Virus record (IMG/VR): IMGVR_UViG_3300031951_000113
Location: 4,915 to 68,914 of that record
Direction: 5' to 3' (one strand)
Length of the DNA stretch: 64,000 bases
Origin: a virus
In this document: one piece after another, positions 1-10,700 of the stretch
Layout: every line of letters starts with the position of its first letter
Numbering within the stretch: position 1 is the stretch's first letter
Translations under genes and position numbers: made by a program
Notes under the pieces: generated by a model
Told to the model about the DNA's origin: nothing
The model's database searches: none
Seen by the model: the letters and a program-made list of their open reading frames with translations, nothing else

Positions 1-2
1 AC

Positions 3-515
3 ATGGCTATTATGGGAGCTCCTTTGGGGGACTATGGCAAATCTTGTTACGCAAGATGGCTGGCTTACTCTACTGTAAAAGGAAACTTGAGTTTCTCAGT
101 ATCAGATTACGATGTTTTTAACAGAGATTTTTTGGAGATTAGACGGGATAAGTTAACTTTTTTTAATCATAATTGTCCTTGTTTTGCTTACGGAAGCCCC
201 AGCCAATTTTTAAATTTTTGCAAAATAATGGCATTTGTAGCGGGTCAAAATCTACAGAATAGACTAGAAAAACATGATTTTAGGCATTTTAACGATCAAG
301 AGTTTCTTTGTTTGTTTGGTCGAGACTTTCCCGACGCTTTTGAGTGCGTACCGTGGAAAGACAGAATCGTGTCTTTATACGGAGAGCTTGATAAAAGGGA
401 ACTGGTGCACATAGCTCATATAGCTGTGCATGATATGAAAATTAAACACCCTAACATATACGGAGGGGTTAACTCGGACGCACTAAGAGTCCATTTCTCT
501 AGAGACTTTATTTAA
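3..515 (+). CDS. hypothetical protein (may extend upstream of window)
   Basis: 170-aa ORF at the window edge, 8 nt upstream of the next gene; no recognisable motif. Confidence 0.55.
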   Translation: MAIMGAPLGDYGKSCYARWLAYSTVKGNLSFSVSDYDVFNRDFLEIRRDKLTFFNHNCPCFAYGSPSQFLNFCKIMAFVAGQNLQNRLEKHDFRHFNDQEFLCLFGRDFPDAFECVPWKDRIVSLYGELDKRELVHIAHIAVHDMKIKHPNIYGGVNSDALRVHFSRDFI

Positions 516-523
516 GTAGAGCT

Positions 524-1471
524 ATGGGGGACAAAAAAAATATACCCGTTTTCCTGCACATTCCTAAATGTGCTGGCATATATGTTAGAAGTTGCCTGTT
601 GTCGTTTTTAAGACGTTACTGCTGGTATAAGTACAGGGAAGTGCCAAAATTTGTATGCGGATACATAGAAGTAGGCCACTTTTATAGCGCCCCAGTCAAA
701 AAGAAACATCTAGTATCTACAATTGGTGGGGCTCATATTGAGTTTGCGGCATTCCCACCTATTTCTGCTGATTTTATTGCTTACGTGGTGTTTAAAAGTC
801 AAGTTCCAGAGCAGTTCAGGGTCGATGGATTGCATTTTTCTATGACGCACGACGAATTTTTAAACATGTTGGAGTCTGACGATTTGGACGTGTTCGCTGC
901 CGTTGTTACGTCTGAAATGCTAGCTAACAATTCGTTTGAGACTTTAGCTGCTGTAAATCAACTTGTGCCGTACAACTTAACCTATTTTGCTTCAGTAAAA
1001 ACCCCATTTGAGCGGGCGCTTTCAATGTACTACGTACATAAACAACAAGGGGATTCTATACCCTCTATGATGCTGCTGCCTTTTTATGAATACTCTTTTA
1101 GCGAGTTTAAGTCTTTCTTATTGTCTAGCGACTCAGAACCTGGGTGGGTTACCAAGTTTTTAGTGGGAGCTTTAGGAGATGACCTGTCTGCCGTGGATTT
1201 TTTAGCCTACCCAATCCAAAGAATAAACGAGCTCCTATTTAGAGTGTTCTCTGATGCGTACGACTTAGAAGTTATCCCAGAAGAGTTCAAACCTTCCGAA
1301 AATGGTATACTGGGGTATCCGAAAGTAAACGAAACTAGCATAAAGTACAAATACAAGTTAGAAGATTTGTCTTTTGAAGAAAATTCTAGGTATTTGGACT
1401 TGCATTCGGAAGATTTAGCTGTAATAGATTTTTTACAAAATGCGCCATGTTGCAAACTGAACCATAACTAA
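524..1471 (+). CDS. sulfotransferase family 2-like protein
   Basis: FLHIPKCAG (5'-PSB loop) and KTPFERALSMYY (3'-PB motif), C-terminal D..D.. helix. Confidence 0.7.
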   Translation: MGDKKNIPVFLHIPKCAGIYVRSCLLSFLRRYCWYKYREVPKFVCGYIEVGHFYSAPVKKKHLVSTIGGAHIEFAAFPPISADFIAYVVFKSQVPEQFRVDGLHFSMTHDEFLNMLESDDLDVFAAVVTSEMLANNSFETLAAVNQLVPYNLTYFASVKTPFERALSMYYVHKQQGDSIPSMMLLPFYEYSFSEFKSFLLSSDSEPGWVTKFLVGALGDDLSAVDFLAYPIQRINELLFRVFSDAYDLEVIPEEFKPSENGILGYPKVNETSIKYKYKLEDLSFEENSRYLDLHSEDLAVIDFLQNAPCCKLNHN

Positions 1472-1479
1472 TAAGAATA

Positions 1480-1689
1480 ATGCACAATATTAAACTGAGC
1501 GACAAGCAAGCGGGACTTCTAAAACTTTTCCTAGGGCGAACTGTTATTCAAGGAAACGAGGTTGTTAAATTTATGGATCTAGCTAAAGCCATAGGTCAAG
1601 CTGAAGTTGTGCCTGACCCTATAGATATTGATGCTTTAGAGGGTGTGAACTCTGAGACTTTAGAGAATGCGGTTTCTCCAGAGGGGTAG
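1480..1689 (+). CDS. small hypothetical protein
   Basis: 69-aa ORF tightly packed between neighbours. Confidence 0.6.
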   Translation: MHNIKLSDKQAGLLKLFLGRTVIQGNEVVKFMDLAKAIGQAEVVPDPIDIDALEGVNSETLENAVSPEG

Positions 1690-1691
1690 CT

Positions 1692-2363
1692 ATGACTGCT
1701 TTAGACGCCTACACCTTATTGGCCAAGTATGTGAAGGCTCCGGAGCCTGAAGTAGATCCTATAACTGGAGATTTGCTGCCTGCTGTGGATTTACCGTTTT
1801 CTGACTTTGCGTTAGTTTTAAATGTCGTATTGAATAGATTCTACAACTCAGGTAAATGGAAGGGTCTAACGACAGAGTCTGTTGTAAACTTAATCGGAGA
1901 CCAAACGGAGTTTGACTTACCCGCCACGTGTGAATCTATCCTTGGTGCTCAAGTGGGAGGGGTTCCTGTAGTGGTGTTTGGAAGGTTCCACCAGTTTCAA
2001 CCTGGCGGGCCCGGGTCTTCAAACTCAGGGGTGCTGAGTATTTCCGACCAGGGGGACCGTAGCTACAAAGTTGTTGGAAAGTACGATTCTGATACTGAAG
2101 TTAAGCTGTTGTGCAAAAGAAGGTTTATACCTATAACAGATGAGAGCGATCCGGTGCTCCCAGATAACGAAGCTGCTTTGAAAATGGGGTTGCTGTCTTA
2201 CTCTTACGAGGATAACAACGATCTAGAGCGGGCAGATCAGTATTTTACCAGAGCTTTAGAAATTCTTAACGGTGAGGCTAGGGAAGCTCGCGGAGCTGCT
2301 CAATACATGCTCCAGCAATCTCCTCACGGATTAAATTTAGGACAGCTTAGAAACTTGTACTAG
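1692..2363 (+). CDS. putative head-tail adaptor / tail tubular protein A-like
   Basis: Size and layout (helix, 'FDLP..CESI' beta core, 'ALKMGLL..YE' C-terminal helices); lies before internal virion genes. Inferred. Confidence 0.45.
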   Translation: MTALDAYTLLAKYVKAPEPEVDPITGDLLPAVDLPFSDFALVLNVVLNRFYNSGKWKGLTTESVVNLIGDQTEFDLPATCESILGAQVGGVPVVVFGRFHQFQPGGPGSSNSGVLSISDQGDRSYKVVGKYDSDTEVKLLCKRRFIPITDESDPVLPDNEAALKMGLLSYSYEDNNDLERADQYFTRALEILNGEAREARGAAQYMLQQSPHGLNLGQLRNLY

Positions 2364-2366
2364 CGT

Positions 2367-3308
2367 ATGGACACCATAACTCAAAACTATAAATCGAAGC
2401 CTCTGTTTGAAGAGTCTGAAGAAGAAAAACGCAGGCGGGAAGCGGCTAAAAACTACCTATCTGCTAGAAGCACTTATGAAAAAGCTGGAATAGGGGCCGC
2501 AAATCCTTACTCAATGTCCAGAGACGCGTACAGGTCGTCTGACCCGGCCGTTGCTAGTAGTTTAACTGGGTCTTTAAAAACCGCTACAGAATCGGCTTTA
2601 AAAGCTGGTATTGGGGGCCCTGTCATGGCGAACGATGTTTTAAATAAAGGTCAAGCCAGAATTGTTGGGGATACTCTTGTTGGGGCTGCCGCTGGCATTT
2701 CTTCTTCTGAATGGGATAAGCGCGACAAAGCTGTTGCAGCGGGCGGAAAGCCGCCGATGCCTACTCGGGAAATGGTCGAGGTAGCGCCTGGCGTTAAGAT
2801 GGGTCTAGATACTGCTAGGAACTACTACGCATCAAGAAACAACACGATTATGCAAGAGAACCAGACGGCCGATCGGCAGAGGAAGGCTGCTGATACGGTG
2901 AATACGTCTATAGCTCAAATGCGCCAAGCCGCAAAAGACAGGGATGCTTTGTCAAAACAAAGATCGGAAAATTTTTTCGCTGGGATTGCGCAGCGTAAAA
3001 GTGACGAGGCTTTAGCCAACCAAAACTTACGAGATACGAGACGTGCTGCTTCTAATGCAAGGCTCGTAGAAAGCGCAATGAAGGATGCCTTGCGCAGATA
3101 CAGGTTCACTAACGGTAAGGAGGGCGCTTTAGTTACCCCAGACGCTATGGAAAAAGCTTCTAGCTTTCTGGCTGGAAGCTTAAAAGGTCTTGGACCCTAC
3201 GACAACGAAGACGCTAGACGCAAATCTTTTGTGAAAGGGGTCCAAAATGAGCGAGAGCGTAAACAGAAAGAGTTGGCTCGCCTCAATCCTTACCAAGGTT
3301 CGATTTAA
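2367..3308 (+). CDS. putative internal virion (ejection) protein
   Basis: Ala/Gly/Arg-rich, coiled-coil-like; position in the structural module. Confidence 0.45.
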   Translation: MDTITQNYKSKPLFEESEEEKRRREAAKNYLSARSTYEKAGIGAANPYSMSRDAYRSSDPAVASSLTGSLKTATESALKAGIGGPVMANDVLNKGQARIVGDTLVGAAAGISSSEWDKRDKAVAAGGKPPMPTREMVEVAPGVKMGLDTARNYYASRNNTIMQENQTADRQRKAADTVNTSIAQMRQAAKDRDALSKQRSENFFAGIAQRKSDEALANQNLRDTRRAASNARLVESAMKDALRRYRFTNGKEGALVTPDAMEKASSFLAGSLKGLGPYDNEDARRKSFVKGVQNERERKQKELARLNPYQGSI

Positions 3309-3610
3309 GGCTCCTCGAAATTAAGGACGTTGTTCTGCTCTAAGATAAGGAGCTGCGAGTCCAGCGTTTCGCTTTGCTTTTTTAAAATAGCAACTTCCTC
3401 CTGCACCCCGACAGTGTGGCGTTCCCCTTCTCCGCTCAGTTTTGCAGTTATGATAGTAGCATACTCTGATTGAAAGTCCGAATACACGTCGTTTTCTCCA
3501 TTAAAATTGAACGGTTTAGACGGGGACACTAGTAGAGCATCTGATGCTGATTGCGCAAATGCGTCACCTGCGACGTTGGCGATTGCCAGCAATACGATTA
3601 GCTTTTTCAT
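3305..3610 (-). CDS. secreted/periplasmic protein (moron-like)
   Basis: Signal peptide MKKLIVLLAIANVAGDAFA; antisense to the late module; own candidate promoter. Confidence 0.6.
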   Translation of the reverse strand: MKKLIVLLAIANVAGDAFAQSASDALLVSPSKPFNFNGENDVYSDFQSEYATIITAKLSGEGERHTVGVQEEVAILKKQSETLDSQLLILEQNNVLNFEEP

Positions 3611-3619
3611 ATAAGATAG

Positions 3620-3689
3620 AGTTTATTTGTTGTTTTTGTTTTTGCAACTATATTTTCGCCTTGCGAATGTTTTTTTGTTCGTCCATACT
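3620..3689. promoter_or_regulatory. divergent sigma70-type promoters
   Basis: Minus: TTGCAA-16-TAAACT (3647 to 3620). Plus: TTGCGA-17-CATACT (3661-3689), ahead of the ATG at 3701. Confidence 0.5.
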
Positions 3690-3700
3690 GTTTTGATTTT

Positions 3701-4726
3701 ATGGGATACCTATTTGAAGACACCGCTGCAGATTTTGGGGTAGCCTCTCCAGAAGCCGATTACAACGAGGAGATATACGCCCCTGTTCAACTTTCTAACA
3801 CCACTAAACGCATAACCAAGCCAGTAGACTTGGCTCAAGAGCAAGTCGATTACTATTCTATGTCTGGCAAGCTAAACAGAGAGAAGGAAGACTACGAACG
3901 TAAACGGCAAGCCGACTTGTTGCAGATAGATAAGATGCAAGACGAGGCTTACGATAGGCAAATTGAAATGCGCGCTAAAGCGGCTCAATGGAACGACAAA
4001 GTTAAAGCTCAAGAGCATGGGTCGGCTGTATCTGGAGCTTTGACTTCGTTAGACCCCACGGACCCGGAATACCAGTCTAAGGTTGACTCTTTGATCTCTC
4101 AGTATCCTTTAGCCCCGTTTGACGCTAAAATTAAGAGTGTACTGGATTCTAAAAAAGCTCTTTTTGACAGTGTAAAAACTGAGCGGGATAAAGTTAGGGA
4201 CGCTGCGATTGCTAGGTCTAATTCCGACTATAACGCTCAGCGACAATTAGAGGTCAACAAACTTACAACTGACTACTCTAACGAAGTGAAAACTAGAGAT
4301 GACGTATCTAAGATGTCAAAAGAAGCTAGATCCGCGTTTAACGAATCTATGTCTGCGGATGGGTCTAACATATATGAAGCTAGAGGCGCGGCCAATGATG
4401 TAGCTTCTACTGAAGTGACATTTAAAGATTACGATACAGCGTTGGAGCGAGTCAACGATTTGGGGCGTACAATTAAAGCGTACCGTACTGAAAAAGATAA
4501 GCTGGCTACAAATTTGGCCGCTGACCCAGCTACCGTAGAAAAACTTTCTGCGGCGTACGATGCTGACATAGAAGCCATGCAGAAAGAAATGAGGTCTAAA
4601 CAGCTGAGGTTTATAGACCCATACGAAAAGAAAAAAGGTGGGGATACACAAGAGCGCCCTGAACCAAGCTCTTCTGCTAAGCCGTCTCGGATGTCTGTTA
4701 AATCACTTTTACCCGGCTCTAAATAA
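3701..4726 (+). CDS. putative internal virion protein (coiled-coil)
   Basis: 341 aa, helical and charged, directly upstream of the giant gene. Confidence 0.5.
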   Translation: MGYLFEDTAADFGVASPEADYNEEIYAPVQLSNTTKRITKPVDLAQEQVDYYSMSGKLNREKEDYERKRQADLLQIDKMQDEAYDRQIEMRAKAAQWNDKVKAQEHGSAVSGALTSLDPTDPEYQSKVDSLISQYPLAPFDAKIKSVLDSKKALFDSVKTERDKVRDAAIARSNSDYNAQRQLEVNKLTTDYSNEVKTRDDVSKMSKEARSAFNESMSADGSNIYEARGAANDVASTEVTFKDYDTALERVNDLGRTIKAYRTEKDKLATNLAADPATVEKLSAAYDADIEAMQKEMRSKQLRFIDPYEKKKGGDTQERPEPSSSAKPSRMSVKSLLPGSK

Positions 4727-4728
4727 AT

Positions 4729-7700
4729 ATGATTATTGAAGATGAGGAGACTAGCGAACTAGAAACTTTGGTGCCTCCAAGTTGGGACGAGGTAGAGGCT
4801 GACGAAGAGTATAAGGCCTTAAGTCCATGGAAAAAACAGATGGCGCTGGGTAACTGGGTTACAGCTGTAAACAAATACGCTAAGACTTCTGGTGAGTATA
4901 ATGACGACCCTCAGGCAGGGAAAGCAGTGCAAAGCTTTTTCAAAAGCAAATACGACGAGCTGAACAAAGACTTAGACCTTGCGGTAGAGTCTGGGCAATA
5001 CGAAGACAATTTGTGGGGCGGGGCTAAGCGCTTACTAGACAGGGCTACACTTGGAGCCTCACAAATCGGCCCTAACGCTATCTCAATGGCCAACCGACTC
5101 GGGGAATTCGCGGTTGAAGCTCCGGGCGCTATGGGGCAGCTTTTAGATAGTGTGGGCCTTAATAAGCTTTCCCCAAGCGAAAAGGTGCAGCAGGAAGGGT
5201 TTCTTAAAAGCTATCGGGACTTTAGTGCCCCAGTTAGAGAAACTTTCAGACAGACTGCCGATTACTATAAAGGCAAATCTAACGAAATGGCGGAAGCTGG
5301 AGCCGCGCTTGGCGGCGGGTTTGTGGGAGAAGCCGTGCAAGCAGCAGTGCCTGCGGCTGCTGAGGCGGTTCAAGATATGGCTCTAGCTGTAGGGTCTGGT
5401 GGGGCTTCTATACCTCAAACTTTGGGGCGGCCTATGGCCGCTGCTATGCGGTCTCTAAACGTTAGCACAGTTCTTTCAGGAATTAGGTCTTCGGTGGCTA
5501 CTTTAGACGAGGCGGAGTCGCAGTACATGAAAGAAGACCCCTCTCTTACTAGAGAGCAGGCTCGTCTTAAAGCTATGCCGGAGGCTTTAACTTCCGGGGC
5601 GTCTACAGCTCTTATAACTCGCCTTGGTGGTTTTACAGGTATTGAAAGTGTGTTGCTAAAAGGAGGCCCAAAAAGCCTACGCGGTAAAGTTTGGGAAGTC
5701 CTCAAAGAAGCTAGTGGCGAAGGTTTGGAGGAAGCTGCTGACCAATCTCTGCAAGATCTTTCAGAGCGGTTCTATCGAAACCCAGAAAAAGCTTGGTCGG
5801 ACACATATAAAGAACTAGCTATGGCGTACTCGTTGGGGGCAGTTCTTGGCGGCGGGTTCTCTGCTGCTAGCCAAACATTAAACTCAGCTGCTGACAAAGC
5901 GAAAGACGCTGGGGCTCCCCAAACAGCCGCCGCTTTGCGAGAACGAGTAGAAAAAGAAGCGGCGATTAAAACTACTCAGCTTTTCGGAGACTCTGAGTCT
6001 TCTTCCGAAGCAGACGCACTCGCCGATGAGCTGCTTGGTGAAATGGAGGGAGAAGACGAAGTTGAAGGCCCGTCAACACAAGACGCCCAGAACGCCTACG
6101 ACGAGAAACCCGAGCAAAAGTTCACTCCGATTAACGAGGGTGTAATATCTCAGGACACTACCAAGCAAGATCAGCAGACATCGGAGCCGACTGTAACGAC
6201 TCCAGAGCCGACTGTAACGACTCCAGAACCGACTGTAACGACTCCCCCCACTTTGCGTGAGTCGGTAATTGCCTCTGGAATCCCTGAAGAAGCGGCCGAC
6301 TCTTACATCTCCAACCTGCAAGCCGAAGGCATATCCGACGAGCAAATTCAAGAGATGGCCGACAATGGTCGCGCCCTTCGAGAAGAGACTGCTAAAAGAA
6401 ATGAAGCCGAGGCCCAGGCTAAAAGCGATTTAGCGCGGCGAGCCAGAGCGGGAGACCCAGAAGCGCGAGCTCAATTAGAGCGCGAACGCGGCGTTAATGT
6501 AACGACTCCCTCCCCTACCCCTGTAGCAGAAACTGCAACACCCCCTACAGTCACAGAAATTTCCCCACAGCAAACTACCCCCCAAAACATCGAAGGAGGT
6601 GATTCTAATGAGTTGCGGATGCGGAACCAAGAAGAAGGGCAAGGGCGGACGGAAGCACTAAACGCCGATTCTGGAGCTGGAGCCGAGGGAGCTGTGGCTA
6701 CACCACTTCCCGCCGAAGCTCCAGCTCCGCTTTCCGAAACTCCGGTTGCAAAACTTCAACAGAAGCGTGCAGAATCAAATCCTGAGGAGTTTGAAGACCT
6801 AGACCCCGAAACCCTGCTATCTGACCTCCCTGCAACGGAGGCGGTCGACTTACTGCGACAAGTTGGTAGCACCTATGAGGCCCCTGCGGTTGAAGGTGAC
6901 GAGACTTTTGCGGACTACATTGAGCGAACTGGTGTGTCAGTATACGATTTCGACACGCGTCCGACTGTACTAAACGAGCAAGAACGGAGGTATGTCCAAC
7001 AAGGTAAAGACCCATTTGAGGGGCTCAAAGACCTAGCGGCTGGGCGTGCTAAACCTGAGGACTTTTCGCCTGCGGTGCAGGCTGTGTCGCAGGACACTCC
7101 TGAAGAAGCCGAGAGGCAGAAAAAAGCTAAGGAGACCGAGGAGTTTTACGCTAAGGTCGGCCAAGAGTCTGAGCAGAACGAAGCTAACGCTGCAGGTAAG
7201 CCTATAACGGCAGAACAAATTGTTAAAGCTCCAGTTGAACTCAAAGGCGTTAAGGGGGAGGTAAGCGGAAAAAGTCTGCCTGTTCGACAAGTCATCACTG
7301 ACGAAGTAGACGATCGCGGAGTTGCAATAACAAAAGTTGTCCCTGGTTTTGTCAACGACGCAAACACTATGGCTGAGGTACTGAGCCAAGATAAAGGCGT
7401 CAACCGAGTCTACGTGCCAAAAGAAGACGTAGCTAATATAGACCCAGAAGACATTTTTATTAAGTACGATGAGAGCGGGAATCCGTACGTTGTTGCTGCT
7501 AGGCATGGAAACTACGGGGTAGTTTATTCCGGCACGGGCCTTACTCAAAATGGGGAATCGCTCGCCGATCTCCACGAGCCTACTCGACAAAAGAACAGTC
7601 AAGCTCAGATACAGGGTAAAAGGGCTAAAAAGTTAGCTAAGCAAGCGGGGGTTTCAGTAGACGAAGTCGCTATTCCCGAGATGACCGACAAGTTTACTGA

Positions 7701-10700
7701 ACGGGTAAACAACGCGCCTATTTCTAAACAAGAAACAGAGAAGCCTGAGGCAGTAGCCAAAACGTTAAAAGCCATACAAGACAAAGCTATGGCGCTGTCT
7801 GGTGAAGCCGTTACAACTGATAACGGTTTAGTTGTAACTATTGATGCCGAACTAGCCGATAAAATCGGAGTTGCAGCTACTAATTTGTACATGGCCCGTT
7901 TGCGTGGGGTGGACCGGAAGGGCAAGTTCAAGGACGCTTCTGGAGTTGTAGCAGACATCAAAAAGAAAGTTGTCGCGAAACTTAAAAAGCGACCAGGAGC
8001 CAGATCTGGCGTTTCGTTAGATCAAAATGTGGGGGACGGTAGTTCTACCGTTGGCGACTTGATGGGCCAGACGGATCAGAACTTAGACAATATGGGGTAC
8101 GCGGACGTGCCGCTAGATACTCAGGTATCGCAAAATGCAGACGCTCCCACTCAGGGCCCTACGACCACTACAAACAATGCACCTGCAGGAGCGCCAGAGC
8201 TTAACGAGTATGATAGTATTGCTGCTAAGGCTATGTCCGAGGCTGAAAAGGAGCTGGGGGATTTAGACTTAAAGAACGGCACAAAGAATTTGGCGGTCTG
8301 GAAAGAAACTCTCGCCATGCTTAATGGCGGTAAGAAGCGGAAAGACCTCACCCCAACACGCGCAAAGATTGTCAAAGAGATGGACGCACGGATGCGCGAA
8401 AGAATGCGCGATCTTATTTCTCAGCAAACGGTAGAAGTTGACACTAAAAAAGCTAAAAGCGTTTTATCTGCGGAGCCTCAAGCCGTTTTAAATCAGGAAG
8501 AGAAGCGCACTCTAATCAAGACAAACGTAGATAAAATTATAGATTGGAACGGCGGTGCTACCCAAGAAAAGTTTGACATTAAACGTGTGCTTTTGGGGAT
8601 AGCTGAAGACCCCAAGCAACCTCAACTTGTAAAGATTTTTGCAAAGTTTATCGGGTCTTCAAACGTAGATTTCTCTGGAGTGTCGTTTGAAACTCTTGCC
8701 AGCCTGCAAAAAGACAAGAACTGGGCGGGACTCTATACTAGCGGGGACAGCTCAAGCACTGGTAAAATTCAGGTCAACGTAGGTAGCTTTCATCGCGGGT
8801 CGATAGGGCAGACAATTGTTCACGAAGCCCTACACCATGTAGCTTTCCACAAGCTCCGCCCTTCGTACAACAGAACTGGAGTTGAACGCGAAGCGTACCG
8901 AGACCTTACAAAGATTCTTACCCACATTCGCCGTCAGGTGCTAGAGCCAGAAAAAGGGCAAACGCTTTCTCAAGCAGCTCGCAAGATGTTTAGCCGAGGC
9001 GACGACATGTTCTATGGGTTGTCAGACCTTGACGAGTTGTTTACGGAAACGCTTACGAACACGCGCTTTTCGGTATGGATGAGCACTCAAGCTCCTTTGC
9101 CGGACATCAAGCTTAAAAACACAAACATTTTTAAGAACCTCTACGAGCAAGTAAAGCAGCTGTTTAAAAATCTTATTGGCGGTCAAAATGTCCGACCCGA
9201 CAGTTTGCTTAGTCAAGCGATGGACAACATCTTGGCGTTGGCTCAAGACCCTCAAGATGACGCTAAAATTCGCGACTACCAACAACGAGCTACGGGAGGC
9301 GAGAAAAAAACAGCGGAGTCTAAATCAAAACAGGCTAAACCTGTTAAAAGTCGCTTGGAGACCGAAGCAGAGAAAATTAAAACTGGGAGAAATTACTGGG
9401 TAACTCCCTACGGTAAGGTCATTGATGTTTTTGAAGAAGCCACTTCAAGAGATGATGAAGGGGCTTCTGCGGCTTCGCATGGTCTTTACATTAAACAATG
9501 GGTAGCAGACAGGCTTCGAAATTACACTCCGGATAAAGATGAAAAAGGCATGGCCGTTATTATCGAGTCAAAAGTCAAAGACTTGGTACGAGAGCAGCCC
9601 TCTCTTAAAAACGAAACCACTGATTCCGAAATAGAAGACCAGTTTCAAGAACAGGTGTCTATGGCGGAGGTTTACGGCACGGAGCCACCAGATCGTGACG
9701 AGTTTTTCTCTCAAGCAAAAAAAGCCGCTGGGCCATCCCCACTGGCGTATGTACAAGCGGCTCAGGAATCAGGGTGGATTCGTATAACTTCTGACGCTTC
9801 CGTTGCAAAGATTCGTGGTGCGCGAACCGGAGCGGCTTTTGGGGGAAACATCCATGTAGAAACCTACGGTCCTGCCCTTTCTCTCGATGGGAAATCGTTT
9901 ATTTCAGCGCTAACAAAAGCCAAAGATGGAGTTCGTGTCGTTTCGCAAGGAGCGGTTCAGAAAAAACAAGCGGAGCGGCCTACTCAGATTTTAGCGTTTA
10001 GACAAATGTTCGGAAGAGAAGAAGGGTACATGGCTTACAAAGGCAGCTTAAAAGATGTCCAAGACTCTAGAGTAGCTGCTGTAGAAGAAATGGTTCAAAA
10101 CGCCATCGGATCTATACGCACTCCGGTAAAATCTGAGAACCTTAACGGGCATCCGGCGCAAGCCAGAATGGGTGAGTCGGGGGAGCTGGAAATTGTATAC
10201 GATCCAGAAGCAATAGCTATTGAGACCGAAGGTCTTAACGACGAGGAAGCCGCTAAAACTATATCTAAGCTGCTTGGTCACGAGAACCTCCACATCGCCG
10301 GAATGATAAATGACTATTCGACTCCTGATAGCAAGGGTCGCATTGGACGTCAAAAAATTGAAGCGTTTCACGACGAAGTGATGACGGACGAAATGCGACA
10401 GGAGACAGCTGACGCTTACGTTCGCAGGTTCGACGGCATGACTGACGCCGAGTACCTAGAAAGAAGGAACAACTTTTTGTCGGATAAAGTAGCCGTGGCG
10501 GGCGAATACAAGCGCATGTTCACAGAGCGTTATCTTACTGGAGAGTCTTACGAAGACTCCCTTAAAACCCTAGAGAATAAAACAGGGGATAAGTTTTCTG
10601 ATATAGTTCGCAGCATAGCAGACTATCTTATGGGGCGCATTCGTATGGTGCTGGCTAGATACCAGCTAACCAAAGACCCTAGGCTCGCTGCCGTAATTCT

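Noticed and set aside
1051-1063. Further motif copy ggattctataccc (also agatatgtaccc near 16530)
   Set aside because: Two core mismatches or a deletion, inside coding sequence; not counted without statistics.
6184-6246. 21-bp repeats as a CRISPR array
   Set aside because: No spacers; in-frame tandem copies encoding a Pro/Thr linker. The same applies to 46611-46658.
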